From a virus (Duplodnaviria; Caudoviricetes): a DNA stretch of 28,297 nucleotides. The position numbers were made by a program, and so were the translations under genes. The number at the start of each line of letters is the position of its first letter. The first letter of the stretch is position 1. The DNA lies in IMG/VR virus record IMGVR_UViG_3300033995_001128, positions 1-28,297 of that record; one strand, written 5' to 3'. The notes under the pieces were generated by a model. That model had not been told where the DNA came from. It was given only the letters and a program-made list of their open reading frames with translations, and searched no databases. Below are positions 14,941-25,473 of the stretch, piece after piece.

Positions 14941-16098
14941 ATGCCGCAAACTGCCAATGATGTCGTGTCTGAAGATAACTCCGACGATAAAGAATATCGC
15001 AATCAAAACCTAGGAAAACAATATGAAATAGGAACATTGGAATATCCAATTGGTCTTAGGAATCTACCGGATTTGCAGCACTACGTGGCATTTTTCATAA
15101 ATGTCAGGGATAAGAGTACCCAAGGAATACAGAATCGAGATAAAGATTATTTCATATCAGCGGATTCTGAAGAAGGTAAACGATTGGCAATTCTTCAAGC
15201 TGAGGAAAATCGCTTATCCCAAAAAGGGGCAGAAACTGCAGTTTCAACCGTTGCAAAAAACATAGGCGCGATTACTGGCGCAGGTGTATTATTATCCTCT
15301 TTGGGAAGATCTTCCGGAATATTAGATGCAATACGTCGTGTCCCAAAAGGCGCCGCAAAAGGATTAATTGCGGGCACTGGTGCTCAGATTATATCAAACG
15401 AAATTCAAAATGAAAATTTCTATGCTTTTAGATCAGGATCAACTTCTAGATTAAAAGAGGTTATTACATTACATGTTGAGGAAAGACCAAGCGTAAAGTA
15501 TGGCGTAAATTATTCCACAACTGATATGGCAGGATTTTTAGGATTAGGCGGAATCTTTGTACAGGGGTCTGTTGCAAAATCTACAGCAGGTGGGTTAGAA
15601 GCTATGGCGCCAGAGGCAAAAGCCAGAGTGTTAGCGGAGATTGCAAGAATACCATCATTAGGCGGACAAGGATTTATTCCAAATTTCTTAGAATTATCGT
15701 CAAAAACAAAAACAAATCCTTTTAGAGAAACTTTATTTGAATCTGTTGATTATAGAACATTTAACTTTAGATATAGATTTTTTCCAAAAAGTTGGAATGA
15801 GAGCCAACGAGTAAAAAACATAATAGATATGTTTAAATCTCATATGTATCCAGAATTGACTCCTGATAAAATGTTCTATGTATATCCTTCGGAATTTGAT
15901 ATACAATATTATTTCAAAGATAAAGAAAATAATTATTTACATAAATTTACAAAATGCGCATTGACTGATTTAGCCATAGATTATGGGGGAGAGCAATTTG
16001 TAACATTTCAAGATGGCGCTCCTGCGGAGATATCTGTAAGTTTAACCTTTACAGAATTGGAACAATTATCAGCACAAAGGGTAAGAAATGGCTATTGA
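14941..16098 (+). CDS. T4 gp48-like baseplate tail tube cap
   Basis: ATG 14941 preferred; the track start overlaps gp4 and the promoters. L.YP, NPFRETLFESVDYRTFNFRYRFFPKS..E...V..II..FK.HMYP, CALTD..IDY, L.FTELE. Confidence 0.88.
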   Translation: MPQTANDVVSEDNSDDKEYRNQNLGKQYEIGTLEYPIGLRNLPDLQHYVAFFINVRDKSTQGIQNRDKDYFISADSEEGKRLAILQAEENRLSQKGAETAVSTVAKNIGAITGAGVLLSSLGRSSGILDAIRRVPKGAAKGLIAGTGAQIISNEIQNENFYAFRSGSTSRLKEVITLHVEERPSVKYGVNYSTTDMAGFLGLGGIFVQGSVAKSTAGGLEAMAPEAKARVLAEIARIPSLGGQGFIPNFLELSSKTKTNPFRETLFESVDYRTFNFRYRFFPKSWNESQRVKNIIDMFKSHMYPELTPDKMFYVYPSEFDIQYYFKDKENNYLHKFTKCALTDLAIDYGGEQFVTFQDGAPAEISVSLTFTELEQLSAQRVRNGY

Positions 16099-16693
16099 TT
16101 TCTTTTCAGACTTTCCTAAAATTGCTTATTCCTTAGATGATAACGCAACTCAACAAGTTGTCGTCGATGTACTTAAAAGAGTAATCATACAAAAAGAATA
16201 TCAAGAAAATGCTGCATACTATGAAGAATATGATGTTAAACACGGAGAAACCCCGGAGGAAGTATCTTTTAGATTTTATGGAACCACGTCGTTACATTGG
16301 TTAATATTAATGGTCAATAATATTATTGATCCTAGATTTGGATGGCCGATATCTGAAGAAAATTTAATTAAACAAGTTGAGAGTAAATATGGCGGGGAAA
16401 ATAATATATTTACTTTGAATAGAGCAAAAAACGCAAAGGGATATCAAGTAGAAACATTCTTTATATTATCAGAAGAATCAACTCATAAAGATCCTGTTAG
16501 AATAGTATATGAAGGTATATCCGATAATATTAATACGCCGGTAATATATCAAGAGTCGTTGACTATTGCAAATTACGAAAGTAACTATGAAGTCGAATCA
16601 CAAAAGAATGAAAAAATAAGATCTATAAAAATTATAAAACCTGAGATAGTCCAGGATATTGTTATTAACTTTAAACAACTTATTTCTAAATAA
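16088..16693 (+). CDS. T4 gp53-like baseplate wedge subunit
   Basis: FFSDFPKI.Y, LysM-like Y.VKHGETPEEVS..FYG...LHWLIL..NNIIDP...WP, NYEVE...NEK.RSIKIIKP. Confidence 0.92.
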   Translation: MAIDFFSDFPKIAYSLDDNATQQVVVDVLKRVIIQKEYQENAAYYEEYDVKHGETPEEVSFRFYGTTSLHWLILMVNNIIDPRFGWPISEENLIKQVESKYGGENNIFTLNRAKNAKGYQVETFFILSEESTHKDPVRIVYEGISDNINTPVIYQESLTIANYESNYEVESQKNEKIRSIKIIKPEIVQDIVINFKQLISK

Positions 16694-18045
16694 TGCTTAA
16701 CGAAATTTTACAAGCTCCAGGGCAAGTACAGATAGACAACCTAGTACTCGTTTCTTTTAATAAGGGCACATATGTTAGTTTAACTGATTACTTAGTAGAA
16801 ATTAATTTATATGAGAGTATCTTTGAAAATAGTATATCCGGAGAAATACTTTTAGCAGATAGCAGAAACTTAATACAAGAATTAGGTATCATTGGAGAAG
16901 AATACTTATCGGTATCTTTTAGAACTACTACATTGTCTAAGGAAAAAAGCATATCTAAAATGTTTAAGATATATGCGTTAAATGATAAAGAATATGCTAA
17001 AGATGGTAGTATTTTAATATACAAATTAAGTTTTACATCCGTAGAGTCTTTTCAGGATATTATAAATCCTATATATCGAGCATTTAACGGTTCTCCAAAT
17101 GATATTGTTAAATTAATATTTAACGAGTATCTATCATCTACTAGAAATATATCAATTGGTGTGAATACTACTGCCGCAGAAGAAATTAAAAGTAGTATAG
17201 CAATCTTCGGCAATCCTGCAAATATTATTAACTTCGTTAGTCCAGGGTGGTCTCCAATTAAATGTATTAATTGGGTAGCTAGTAAATCTGTACCTAGTAA
17301 TAACAAAGCTGCAAATTTTCTATTTTGGGAAACAACTAAAGGATTCTATTTTGGTAATATTGGCGAATTAATACAAAAAGCAGATTCTCTATCTATAGGC
17401 ACTTATGATTATTCTTCTGCTAAAATAAAAAGTCCAACACAAGAAGATATAGAAAAAAATAAATTCATGTTTACAATTAGATCTATAAGCGTAAATAGCA
17501 CATTTGATCAAATGCGGAATTTAACTACAGGCTATACTAGTAGCAGATTGGTGGATATTAACTTATATAACAAAGAATATAATCATGTGGATTATGATCA
17601 CGGGGACAATTTTAATAATTATCCGCACCTTCAAACAGAAATGCCAAATCCATTTTTTGAAAAAACATCTCCAAGAAATCCTTCTACCTTTTTAGATGTT
17701 AACTATAGTTACCCAGCATTACATACTGGTAATTTAGAAAACTTCGATGTTAAACTAAAGGATATTTTTGGTAATAGAAGATCTAATATACTAGAATTAA
17801 GAAATTTTAATATGGAAATAACTATACCCGGTAGAACAGATATAGAAGTAGGCAGAACAATCAACATAAATTTACCTAAAGGTATACCCGGAGATATTGC
17901 GAAACCTATGGATTATAAAGATGATGGTATATATTCTGGCAATTATTTAATAACCAGCTTATGCCATAAAATAAATTTAAAGTCCCATTACATAATTATG
18001 GAAGTATCTAAGGACTCCTTACCTTACAGGGCAATTAAACAATGA
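16693..18045 (+). CDS. Baseplate hub protein (gp27-like)
   Basis: EINLYESIF...ISG...L.D, IIGEE, FLFWETTKGFYF, IPG......G..I.I..P, YSGNYLITSLCH. Located between gp53 and gp5. Confidence 0.72.
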   Translation: MLNEILQAPGQVQIDNLVLVSFNKGTYVSLTDYLVEINLYESIFENSISGEILLADSRNLIQELGIIGEEYLSVSFRTTTLSKEKSISKMFKIYALNDKEYAKDGSILIYKLSFTSVESFQDIINPIYRAFNGSPNDIVKLIFNEYLSSTRNISIGVNTTAAEEIKSSIAIFGNPANIINFVSPGWSPIKCINWVASKSVPSNNKAANFLFWETTKGFYFGNIGELIQKADSLSIGTYDYSSAKIKSPTQEDIEKNKFMFTIRSISVNSTFDQMRNLTTGYTSSRLVDINLYNKEYNHVDYDHGDNFNNYPHLQTEMPNPFFEKTSPRNPSTFLDVNYSYPALHTGNLENFDVKLKDIFGNRRSNILELRNFNMEITIPGRTDIEVGRTININLPKGIPGDIAKPMDYKDDGIYSGNYLITSLCHKINLKSHYIIMEVSKDSLPYRAIKQ

Positions 18046-20663
18046 AAACTATGCATTGGTGGACGGGGGTCGTTGAAGATAGATATGATCCTGAAAAATT
18101 AGGTAGATGTAAGGTAAGAATCTTTGGGTATCATACCGACGATATTACACTGTTGCCTACCTCGGAATTGCCGTGGGCTATTCCTATGCAACCCATTACA
18201 TCCGCAGCTACATCAGGAGTCGGGTCTTCCCCTGTTGGGATAGTTACTGGTTCTTGGGTAGTAGGTTGGTTTTTAGATGCTGAAGAAGCTCAGCAACCCA
18301 TTATTATGGGAACAATCGCGGGGAAACCTGGAACAACTGCTAAAACTGAAACCTATAATAAAAGTAAACAAATACAAACCAAAACAGTGAAAGATACACA
18401 GGGCAATGCGCTATATGATACGAATAACAATGCAATCGCTGCGTCTAATGAATCCGTTGTTGGTATTGATGAATCACTAAAACCGCTGGTCGCATCAGAT
18501 TTGAGCAAATTGAAAGACGCATTAGGCAATAAATTATCTAATTCCAATTACGACAAAGTAGGAGAATTTGGCGAGCTGGGCAAATACCAATTTAATTTAT
18601 TACAATTGCAGGACTTGGGATACATTCGCATCCCTATTGCAGAATATTTTGATCCAAATGCTGCAAATAATACTGCATATTGGACCGGCAAAGAAAATAT
18701 AAAATCTAAAGATAATTTTTTATCCAATAAAACGACGCAGGAAACTGCGATGGATAATACAATAAAATTAAATTATGAAAGAATGATTAGTACAGATAAA
18801 ATTACTGAGGTTGAAGATAGATTTTTAGTTGCGGGATTTTTAGCATCTGCTCATGTAATAGGTGCGGAGTATGCAGACAATCTACAAAGAAAAGATAATT
18901 ACGGAAGAAAAGCTGAAGAATTTTTTATTGTAGGTAATACTAGTTTAGGTGGCGATATATTATCAGGATCTACAACTAAAAATACTTTTGAGAATACTAT
19001 TGATAGTGCTACCCCTAAAGAAATACAGAATCAAAAAGCATTTTCGGATCCAGAAAAAAAATATCCTAAAAAAGATTACGCAGGTTATACTGATGTGAAC
19101 AAATTGGCAATAGGAGACACTTCTCATAGATACTTTACAATTAAAGAAAATAAACAAATAAAAAATGTTCAAATAGCAAATTCTAATGAAAAGTGGAGTG
19201 AACCTAATTCCGCATATAGTGCAGCATATCCTTATAATCAAGTAATTGAAACTGAAGCTGGGCATATATTAGAATTAGATAGTACGCCGAATGCTGAAAG
19301 AATACATCTATTTCACACTTCAGGATCTTATATTGAAATTGATATTAATGGTTCGTCTGTTAGAAAAGTAATAGGAGATAATTACGAACTAATTGATAAA
19401 AATGATTATGTATTTGTAAGGGGTGCAAAGAAATTAACTATTGAGGGTAAAACTAGCATTTATGTAAAAGATGATGCGTCAATACAAGTTGACGGAGATA
19501 CTTCAATTATTAGTCACGGAAATATGACTGCAGAATGTGCGGGCGTAGTAGCAATTAATGCGAACAAGGCTGAAATTACTACAAAAGATACTTTAAATAT
19601 TGTAGCAGGAGGAGCATTAAATATTATAGGGGACAGTATTAATATCCAATCTAAAAACAATTTAGCTCTTAGTGCATCTAATGATATTGCGATAGATGGA
19701 AAGATAAATGCAAGTATGCGAGCGGGTGCAATATTATCGCTTGATGCACCACTTATAAAAAATAAAATGGGCGCCGCATCTGTAGCAAATACAAATTTTA
19801 AAGCATCCGATTTACCAAATGTAAAGGTAATTACTAAAACAGAACCTGCTGCAATGACTAGGGCATTAAGTGACGCGGAATGCTTAGATGATGCAGAAGA
19901 ATATACCCCAACAGCCAGCGAATCTAAATATATTAGAGTTGCTACAGATGTGTCGGCAAAGGACACCTATCCGGTTACGGATACAAATGATTCCAAATTA
20001 AAATCTTTAGATTTTTCAGATATTCGGTCAGCAACATATTTTCCGGGCACATTTAGATTATCCAAAAATTTTACTATTGCGAGCTTATCTATCGGTGATT
20101 TGGGGTTAAGACCATTGGTTGCGCAGCGTAATTTAACCTCCAAAGAAATAGTTATTAATATGCGCATTTTAGCTGAGAATGTGTTAGAACCTCTCCTACA
20201 AAAATTTGGTATATTTCAAATAAGCAGCGGCCTAAGAAAAGCGGGCACATCTACATCTGCTAGCGATCACGATATAGGATGTGCAGCAGATATACATTTT
20301 GGAACAGTTCCCTTTGAATCTATGAGTAAATCTCAGAGAAATGTAGATAGAATGAAGCATGTTAAAATTGCAGAATGGATGACGCAAAATATTCCCTTTA
20401 AACAACTATTGTTAGAATTTAAAACAGATACAATCTATTCTAGAGATATTACAAAATTTTGGATTCATGTTGCATTACAAACTAAAGACAATACTGTAAT
20501 TCGTCCAAGGTCCGGAACGATCGCATGCGTAATGGATGGAGCGTATCCAAAACTTGATTCTAATGACGAACCTATAATAGGTAAAAATGGAAAACCGGAA
20601 ACCTATATGCGTTGCGCACCAGAAACTATAAATCGTTTACCTAGACCCCCAGCAGAGACATAA
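18042..20663 (+). CDS. T4 gp5-like baseplate spike protein with lysozyme-like middle domain and C-terminal M15 peptidase
   Basis: Gp5 OB-fold WWTGVVEDR.DP..LGRCKVRIFGYH...LPWA; YPYNQVIETEAGH..ELD.TP.AERIHLFH.SG; beta-helix repeats; C-terminal SSGLR...SDHDIGCAAD...WIHV. Confidence 0.92.
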   Translation: MKTMHWWTGVVEDRYDPEKLGRCKVRIFGYHTDDITLLPTSELPWAIPMQPITSAATSGVGSSPVGIVTGSWVVGWFLDAEEAQQPIIMGTIAGKPGTTAKTETYNKSKQIQTKTVKDTQGNALYDTNNNAIAASNESVVGIDESLKPLVASDLSKLKDALGNKLSNSNYDKVGEFGELGKYQFNLLQLQDLGYIRIPIAEYFDPNAANNTAYWTGKENIKSKDNFLSNKTTQETAMDNTIKLNYERMISTDKITEVEDRFLVAGFLASAHVIGAEYADNLQRKDNYGRKAEEFFIVGNTSLGGDILSGSTTKNTFENTIDSATPKEIQNQKAFSDPEKKYPKKDYAGYTDVNKLAIGDTSHRYFTIKENKQIKNVQIANSNEKWSEPNSAYSAAYPYNQVIETEAGHILELDSTPNAERIHLFHTSGSYIEIDINGSSVRKVIGDNYELIDKNDYVFVRGAKKLTIEGKTSIYVKDDASIQVDGDTSIISHGNMTAECAGVVAINANKAEITTKDTLNIVAGGALNIIGDSINIQSKNNLALSASNDIAIDGKINASMRAGAILSLDAPLIKNKMGAASVANTNFKASDLPNVKVITKTEPAAMTRALSDAECLDDAEEYTPTASESKYIRVATDVSAKDTYPVTDTNDSKLKSLDFSDIRSATYFPGTFRLSKNFTIASLSIGDLGLRPLVAQRNLTSKEIVINMRILAENVLEPLLQKFGIFQISSGLRKAGTSTSASDHDIGCAADIHFGTVPFESMSKSQRNVDRMKHVKIAEWMTQNIPFKQLLLEFKTDTIYSRDITKFWIHVALQTKDNTVIRPRSGTIACVMDGAYPKLDSNDEPIIGKNGKPETYMRCAPETINRLPRPPAET

Positions 20664-20669
20664 TAAATA
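20662..20669 (+). promoter_or_regulatory. Possible late promoter variant AATAAATA before gp25
   Basis: One mismatch to TATAAATA at the gene junction; AT-rich background lowers confidence. Confidence 0.4.
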
Positions 20670-20675
20670 TCAATA

Positions 20676-21074
20676 ATGGCTACTAGTAAAAATACAAAAA
20701 CTTTCGTTGATCTTGATTTGTCTTTCAAGGCAAACCCCTTTACTAAAGATATCTACCTAAAGACCGACGAAGAGGCAGTAAAGACTGCATTAAAACATTT
20801 AATACAAACTAAAAACTTTGAACGACCGTTTCACCCTGAAATAGGTACACAAGTTTATTCTTTATTATTTGAAAATTTTTCTCCTGCTGTGCGTATCGCA
20901 TTAGAAAGAACAATTCGAGAAACTATAGAAAAATTTGAGACTCGGGTTAGAATAATTAATGTAAATGTACAAGAAACGGTCGAGTCAAATGATTTGGCAA
21001 TTAATATAGTGTTTGCGCTAAAGAATACAGATACGCCTTTAACGATAACAACCTTTTTAAGTCGAGTAAGATAA
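20676..21074 (+). CDS. T4 gp25-like baseplate wedge subunit
   Basis: F.DLDLSF..NP.TKD, AVK.AL..LI.T...ERPFHPEIG......LFE, I..FE.RV. Confidence 0.93.
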   Translation: MATSKNTKTFVDLDLSFKANPFTKDIYLKTDEEAVKTALKHLIQTKNFERPFHPEIGTQVYSLLFENFSPAVRIALERTIRETIEKFETRVRIINVNVQETVESNDLAINIVFALKNTDTPLTITTFLSRVR

Positions 21075-22916
21075 ATGGCAAATTATAGAATTTCTGAATT
21101 AGATTTTGACGAAATTAAAATCAATCTAAAACAGTTTTTAGTTAACTATAGAGATAAAGATAAAAATCTAATTTTTAAGGATTATGATTTTGAAGCATCC
21201 AGCTTATCTATTTTATTAGATCTGTTATCCTACAACACTCATTATAACGCATATTTGGCAAATATGGTTGCAAATGAAATGTTTTTAGATTCTGCGGTAA
21301 AAAGAGAATCTGCAGTATCGATATCAAAACATCTAGGATATACCCCGTTGTCTTATAGAAGTGCAAAAGCGCAAGTTAGTTTTGTTATCGCAAATCCTGC
21401 GGGGAATCCTACTACATTAACTTTACCAAAATTTTCACCATTTTCTACTATTATAGATGGTACGTTGTACACATTTGTAAATTTAGACTCAGTTACAATT
21501 AGCCCAGTTAACGATGAATATTTGTTTTCGAATGTGGACTTAGTTGAAGGTCAACCTTTGAATTTTACATATAGAGTCAATGCATCGGGGCCAGACGAAA
21601 AATATAGTATACCAAATAATAATATAGATACAAGTACTATCAGAGTAGTAGTACAAAATTCGTATTCAGATACTACGCAAACTACATATACAGTAGCAGG
21701 AAACTTGGAAGCTTTAACCGGACAATCACAAGTATATTTTATAGAAGAAAGCCCAACAGGATATTATGAGATATTTTTTGGTGACGGGGTATTAGGTAAA
21801 AAGTTGTCTGACGGAAATTTAGTTAGAATAGAATACCTAGTTAGTAACGGATCTAAATGTAATGTATCTAATGAAATTGACCAAGAGTTTTCACTACAAA
21901 CTAATGTAGGTGGTGTTAATTTGGAGGCGCCTATTATAGCATCTCGTAATTCTACAGGTGGCGATGAAGCGGATAATTTAGAAGAAATAAAATTTAAAGC
22001 TCCAAGATTTTTATCATCTTTCAATAGAGCAGTTACTGCAAATGATTACAAAGCAATCATTGAATCAAATTATCCGTTAGTAGAATCAATTTCTGTTTGG
22101 GGCGGCGAAGAAAATATTCCTCCAGTATACGGCAAGGTATTTATTTCATTAAAACCATATTCAGGATATACCATTAATACGGAACTTAAAGAAAAGATAA
22201 AATTGGAAATTTTGGCAGATAGAAAAATGATGTCTATAATTCCAGAATTTAAAGATCCAAATTATTTGTTCGTTACAGTAAATGCAAAAGTAAAGTTCGA
22301 TCCTAAAAATTCTAAGTATAATCAATCGGAAATTACTACTTTAGTTAGAGCAAAAATTGAAGAATATTTCCAACAGGAATTGCAAAAGTTTGATAAAGAT
22401 TTTGTGTATTCCAAATTATCCAGAGCAATTGATTCCGTAGATTTATCGATATTAGGCAATGCGGTATCTTTTCAAATTCAGAAAAGAATAACACCTTTAG
22501 TAAATACTGAAAGTATTTACACCGGAACTTCTGCATTAAAATTTGCTAATCAATTGGTATCTAATACAATACAATCTACAGTATTTTATTATAAAAAAGA
22601 CAATATAATATACTCGGTGTATATAAAAGATATTTTGACTGCGGGTACTACTGGCACATTAAACCTATATAATTCGTTAACTGATACAATACTAATTCAA
22701 AATATTGGAACTGTTGATTATGTAAAAGGAACAATTACTATTCCTAGTTTAACTCCTGCCGGATATTATGAAAATAATAATGATATAAGAATTTCTGCGA
22801 AGATACCGGAATTAGATATACAATCTAGTAGAGATTTAATTCTAATTATAGATGATAGTACTTCTAGCAGCATTATAAAAAGAAGTGCTGGATTAACCGT
22901 AACTATAACAGTCTAA
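21075..22916 (+). CDS. T4 gp6-like baseplate wedge subunit
   Basis: ELDFDEIK.NLK.FL, DYDFE.S.LS.LLDLLSYNTHYNAY.ANM..NEMFLDSA..R, FGDGVLGKK, RAVTA.DY, VWGGEE..PPVYGKVFIS.KP. Confidence 0.96.
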   Translation: MANYRISELDFDEIKINLKQFLVNYRDKDKNLIFKDYDFEASSLSILLDLLSYNTHYNAYLANMVANEMFLDSAVKRESAVSISKHLGYTPLSYRSAKAQVSFVIANPAGNPTTLTLPKFSPFSTIIDGTLYTFVNLDSVTISPVNDEYLFSNVDLVEGQPLNFTYRVNASGPDEKYSIPNNNIDTSTIRVVVQNSYSDTTQTTYTVAGNLEALTGQSQVYFIEESPTGYYEIFFGDGVLGKKLSDGNLVRIEYLVSNGSKCNVSNEIDQEFSLQTNVGGVNLEAPIIASRNSTGGDEADNLEEIKFKAPRFLSSFNRAVTANDYKAIIESNYPLVESISVWGGEENIPPVYGKVFISLKPYSGYTINTELKEKIKLEILADRKMMSIIPEFKDPNYLFVTVNAKVKFDPKNSKYNQSEITTLVRAKIEEYFQQELQKFDKDFVYSKLSRAIDSVDLSILGNAVSFQIQKRITPLVNTESIYTGTSALKFANQLVSNTIQSTVFYYKKDNIIYSVYIKDILTAGTTGTLNLYNSLTDTILIQNIGTVDYVKGTITIPSLTPAGYYENNNDIRISAKIPELDIQSSRDLILIIDDSTSSSIIKRSAGLTVTITV

Positions 22917-22917
22917 A

Positions 22918-24312
22918 ATGAATAATATTTACGACCCAGTCCGATTAACAGGCCCTTTGAAAATTTATGGTACATCGAGACCTGATAATCTAGATAATTC
23001 TCAGTTTAAAAATTCTTTGACTGGGTGGTTTTATCCTTTGTATATAACTAGAGGAGAAGCCATACAAGCAGATTTGGATAGGGGCGGAAAAGGAATATAT
23101 CAAGTAGTAACTTTTTATGAAAGAGCCGGAGAATTTTATATTCCGGATGCCTTTATAAATTTAGGTAAATTAAAAGATCCGCTAGTATATACATTGTATG
23201 AGGGAGATGGCGCTGAAAATCCGTTTAAAAGAATACAAAATAGATTATCTTTATTGATTGCGGATCAATTACCAGAATTTATACAAGATGAATATGGTAT
23301 GTTCGTAACATTTCTAAAAGCATATTATGAGTTTTTAGAACAAAATAATTCTGCTCAGCAAGTATTACAGGATTTATCTAAATATTCAGATATAGATACA
23401 ACATCTACCGACTTAATTGAAAAATTTGTGCAGAACTACGCCAACGATTTAACTCAATCTAAACTGGCAAATAATAAATTTTTAGTTAAAAAGATACGAG
23501 AAATTTATAATAAAAAGGGGACTGAGCCTGCATATAGATTGTTATTTAATATCCTATACAAAGAAACAATTAGTTTTTTCTATCCATACGACATTGTTTT
23601 AAAACCTTCATCTGGTAAATGGATTACTCCTAAAGCCTTGCGAGTCAAGCAAACAAATGCCAGACAAAATGTATTTGAATTTGAAAATACGCAAGTACAA
23701 GGAAGAACGTCAAAAGCTACTGCAATTGTAAGTAAAGTAATTAAAATTATTTTAGAAGAATATGAAGTATACGAATTAATTTTAGATACCACAAGCGTAT
23801 CTGGGGAATTTTTAAAAGATGAACAAATTGATGCAGTAAAAACTATTTTATTATCTGGAGAGATTCGCAACTTTACAATTTCCCCGTTAAGCGCGCAAGT
23901 ATATTCTGTTTTAAGTAAAATAGATATACTGGATGGGGGATTAGGATACAAAAAAGGACACCCTGTACAAATAACAGATACTGAGGGAAAATTAGCAAAA
24001 GCAACAGTTAATAATGTCAATAGATTTGGAACAATCACTGCATTTAATATTATAGAATCGGGGGTAAACTATAGTAATGCTACAAGCATAGATGCCGGAT
24101 TACCAACCGAATTACTTTCAGGTACATATTCATATTATCGTGGAGCAGTTACAGTAACTTTTCCATTACAACATGGATTGGTTAAAGGAAAAAATATTGA
24201 GGTGTTTTACTCCGGAAATATTTTTAGTCCAATTGATAATACGTCGCATAAGGCAATTGTTGCATCAGTTCCGAATGTAAGAACAATTAGATTTAGATAT
24301 CCGGGAATTTAA
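22918..24312 (+). CDS. gp7-like baseplate wedge initiator, N-terminal part
   Basis: QLPEFI..EY..FV.FLKAYYEFLE, K.I..IY.KKGT..AY.LLF.ILY, YP...VLKPS.GKW, GG.GY. Located between gp6 and gp8. Confidence 0.78.
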   Translation: MNNIYDPVRLTGPLKIYGTSRPDNLDNSQFKNSLTGWFYPLYITRGEAIQADLDRGGKGIYQVVTFYERAGEFYIPDAFINLGKLKDPLVYTLYEGDGAENPFKRIQNRLSLLIADQLPEFIQDEYGMFVTFLKAYYEFLEQNNSAQQVLQDLSKYSDIDTTSTDLIEKFVQNYANDLTQSKLANNKFLVKKIREIYNKKGTEPAYRLLFNILYKETISFFYPYDIVLKPSSGKWITPKALRVKQTNARQNVFEFENTQVQGRTSKATAIVSKVIKIILEEYEVYELILDTTSVSGEFLKDEQIDAVKTILLSGEIRNFTISPLSAQVYSVLSKIDILDGGLGYKKGHPVQITDTEGKLAKATVNNVNRFGTITAFNIIESGVNYSNATSIDAGLPTELLSGTYSYYRGAVTVTFPLQHGLVKGKNIEVFYSGNIFSPIDNTSHKAIVASVPNVRTIRFRYPGI

Positions 24313-24314
24313 AA

Positions 24315-25451
24315 ATGGCAACAACTCCAATAGTAAAATTATACATTACATCACCTAACCCTATAGTAAGCGAGGGGCAGGTAGCTAGATTTGATCTTCG
24401 GGCGGAAAATTTAAGTTCTGGTACAGTGGTACCATATCAAATATTTGGTATACAGCAAGGAGATTTAATAGGTGCAGCGCAAACCACGGGAAGTGTGACG
24501 TTTGTTGCAACCGGAATTCCAAATGAATCTAATGCAAATGTTACTTTGTCGATTACTGAGGATTTTGTAACAGAAGGACCGGAAAGTATATTTTTAATAT
24601 TACAACCAAGCTTTCCTTACTCTTTAGAAATATCGTCTACAGTTACAATACAAGATACATCTATAAATGTAGATCCCATTTATAATATTAGTGTAGATAA
24701 AACCACCGTAATTGAGGGCGGAAGTGTAACCTTTACTTTAACTACGTATAATGTTCCGGCGGGTAGTATAATCCCATGGGAGTTAGTGCCCGTAAGTGGC
24801 GATATTACTATTTCAGATTTCTCAAATATCAAAGCATTAACTGGGTATTTTCCTCCTACTGTAGGTGTAGGTGATGCGAATGTTGCAAGTTTTATAGTAA
24901 CTACTCGAGACGATTTCATCTTTGAACAAACAGAGACATTCTATTTAGCTTTATTAAACAACGCTGCCTCAAGTCAAATTGTTAGAATTATAGATTCCGG
25001 TAATACACTAATTACCTCGGATAATACGTTCACAGGAAACATCTCTATAAAATTTTTAGATAAAGCAATATTAGCTGCAAATATAGGTAGTATATCATCG
25101 GGCAAAAGTTTTTGGGATGGCACCACTGGTCTACTTTCAGAGGATATGGTTCTTCAAGGTAAACTACCCTTTGGAAACGAAGACACTTTAGCATTTTATC
25201 ATCCGTTTTCCTATGTTATAAGATCAACCAAATCTATAGAAGAATGGCGAGATTCTATAAAAAATTTGCTACACCCTGCCGGATTGACCATTTTTAGTGA
25301 AATAAATAATGAGACTCTACCGAATTCTGTTTTATCATTATCACCTAAATCTGTAGAAGATTCTACAACAGGTGTAATAGATATTGTAAGTGTAAGTAAT
25401 GATATATCTAGCTCATCGAACAGTTTTACTGTAGATTCAGTAACCTTTTAA
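24315..25451 (+). CDS. Ig/Calx-beta-like repeat protein ending in the gp7 C-terminal motif
   Basis: Two similar units (VSEG..ARF.L...D..TEGPE and VIEG.SVTFTL...D..FEQTE), then FSYVIRS..SIEEW...IK.LLHPAG..IFSE. Confidence 0.7.
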   Translation: MATTPIVKLYITSPNPIVSEGQVARFDLRAENLSSGTVVPYQIFGIQQGDLIGAAQTTGSVTFVATGIPNESNANVTLSITEDFVTEGPESIFLILQPSFPYSLEISSTVTIQDTSINVDPIYNISVDKTTVIEGGSVTFTLTTYNVPAGSIIPWELVPVSGDITISDFSNIKALTGYFPPTVGVGDANVASFIVTTRDDFIFEQTETFYLALLNNAASSQIVRIIDSGNTLITSDNTFTGNISIKFLDKAILAANIGSISSGKSFWDGTTGLLSEDMVLQGKLPFGNEDTLAFYHPFSYVIRSTKSIEEWRDSIKNLLHPAGLTIFSEINNETLPNSVLSLSPKSVEDSTTGVIDIVSVSNDISSSSNSFTVDSVTF

Positions 25452-25473
25452 TCTAATAGATAATAAATAATAA

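Noticed and set aside
19514-20167. Antisense ORFs inside gp5, and similar short antisense ORFs throughout the track
   Set aside because: Fully nested opposite well-supported genes, with no motifs or RBS.
24301-24320. Possible -1 frameshift joining the two gp7-like ORFs
   Set aside because: The second ORF is in the -1 frame, but there is no X XXY YYZ heptamer in the zero frame before the stop and the ORF has its own adjacent ATG.
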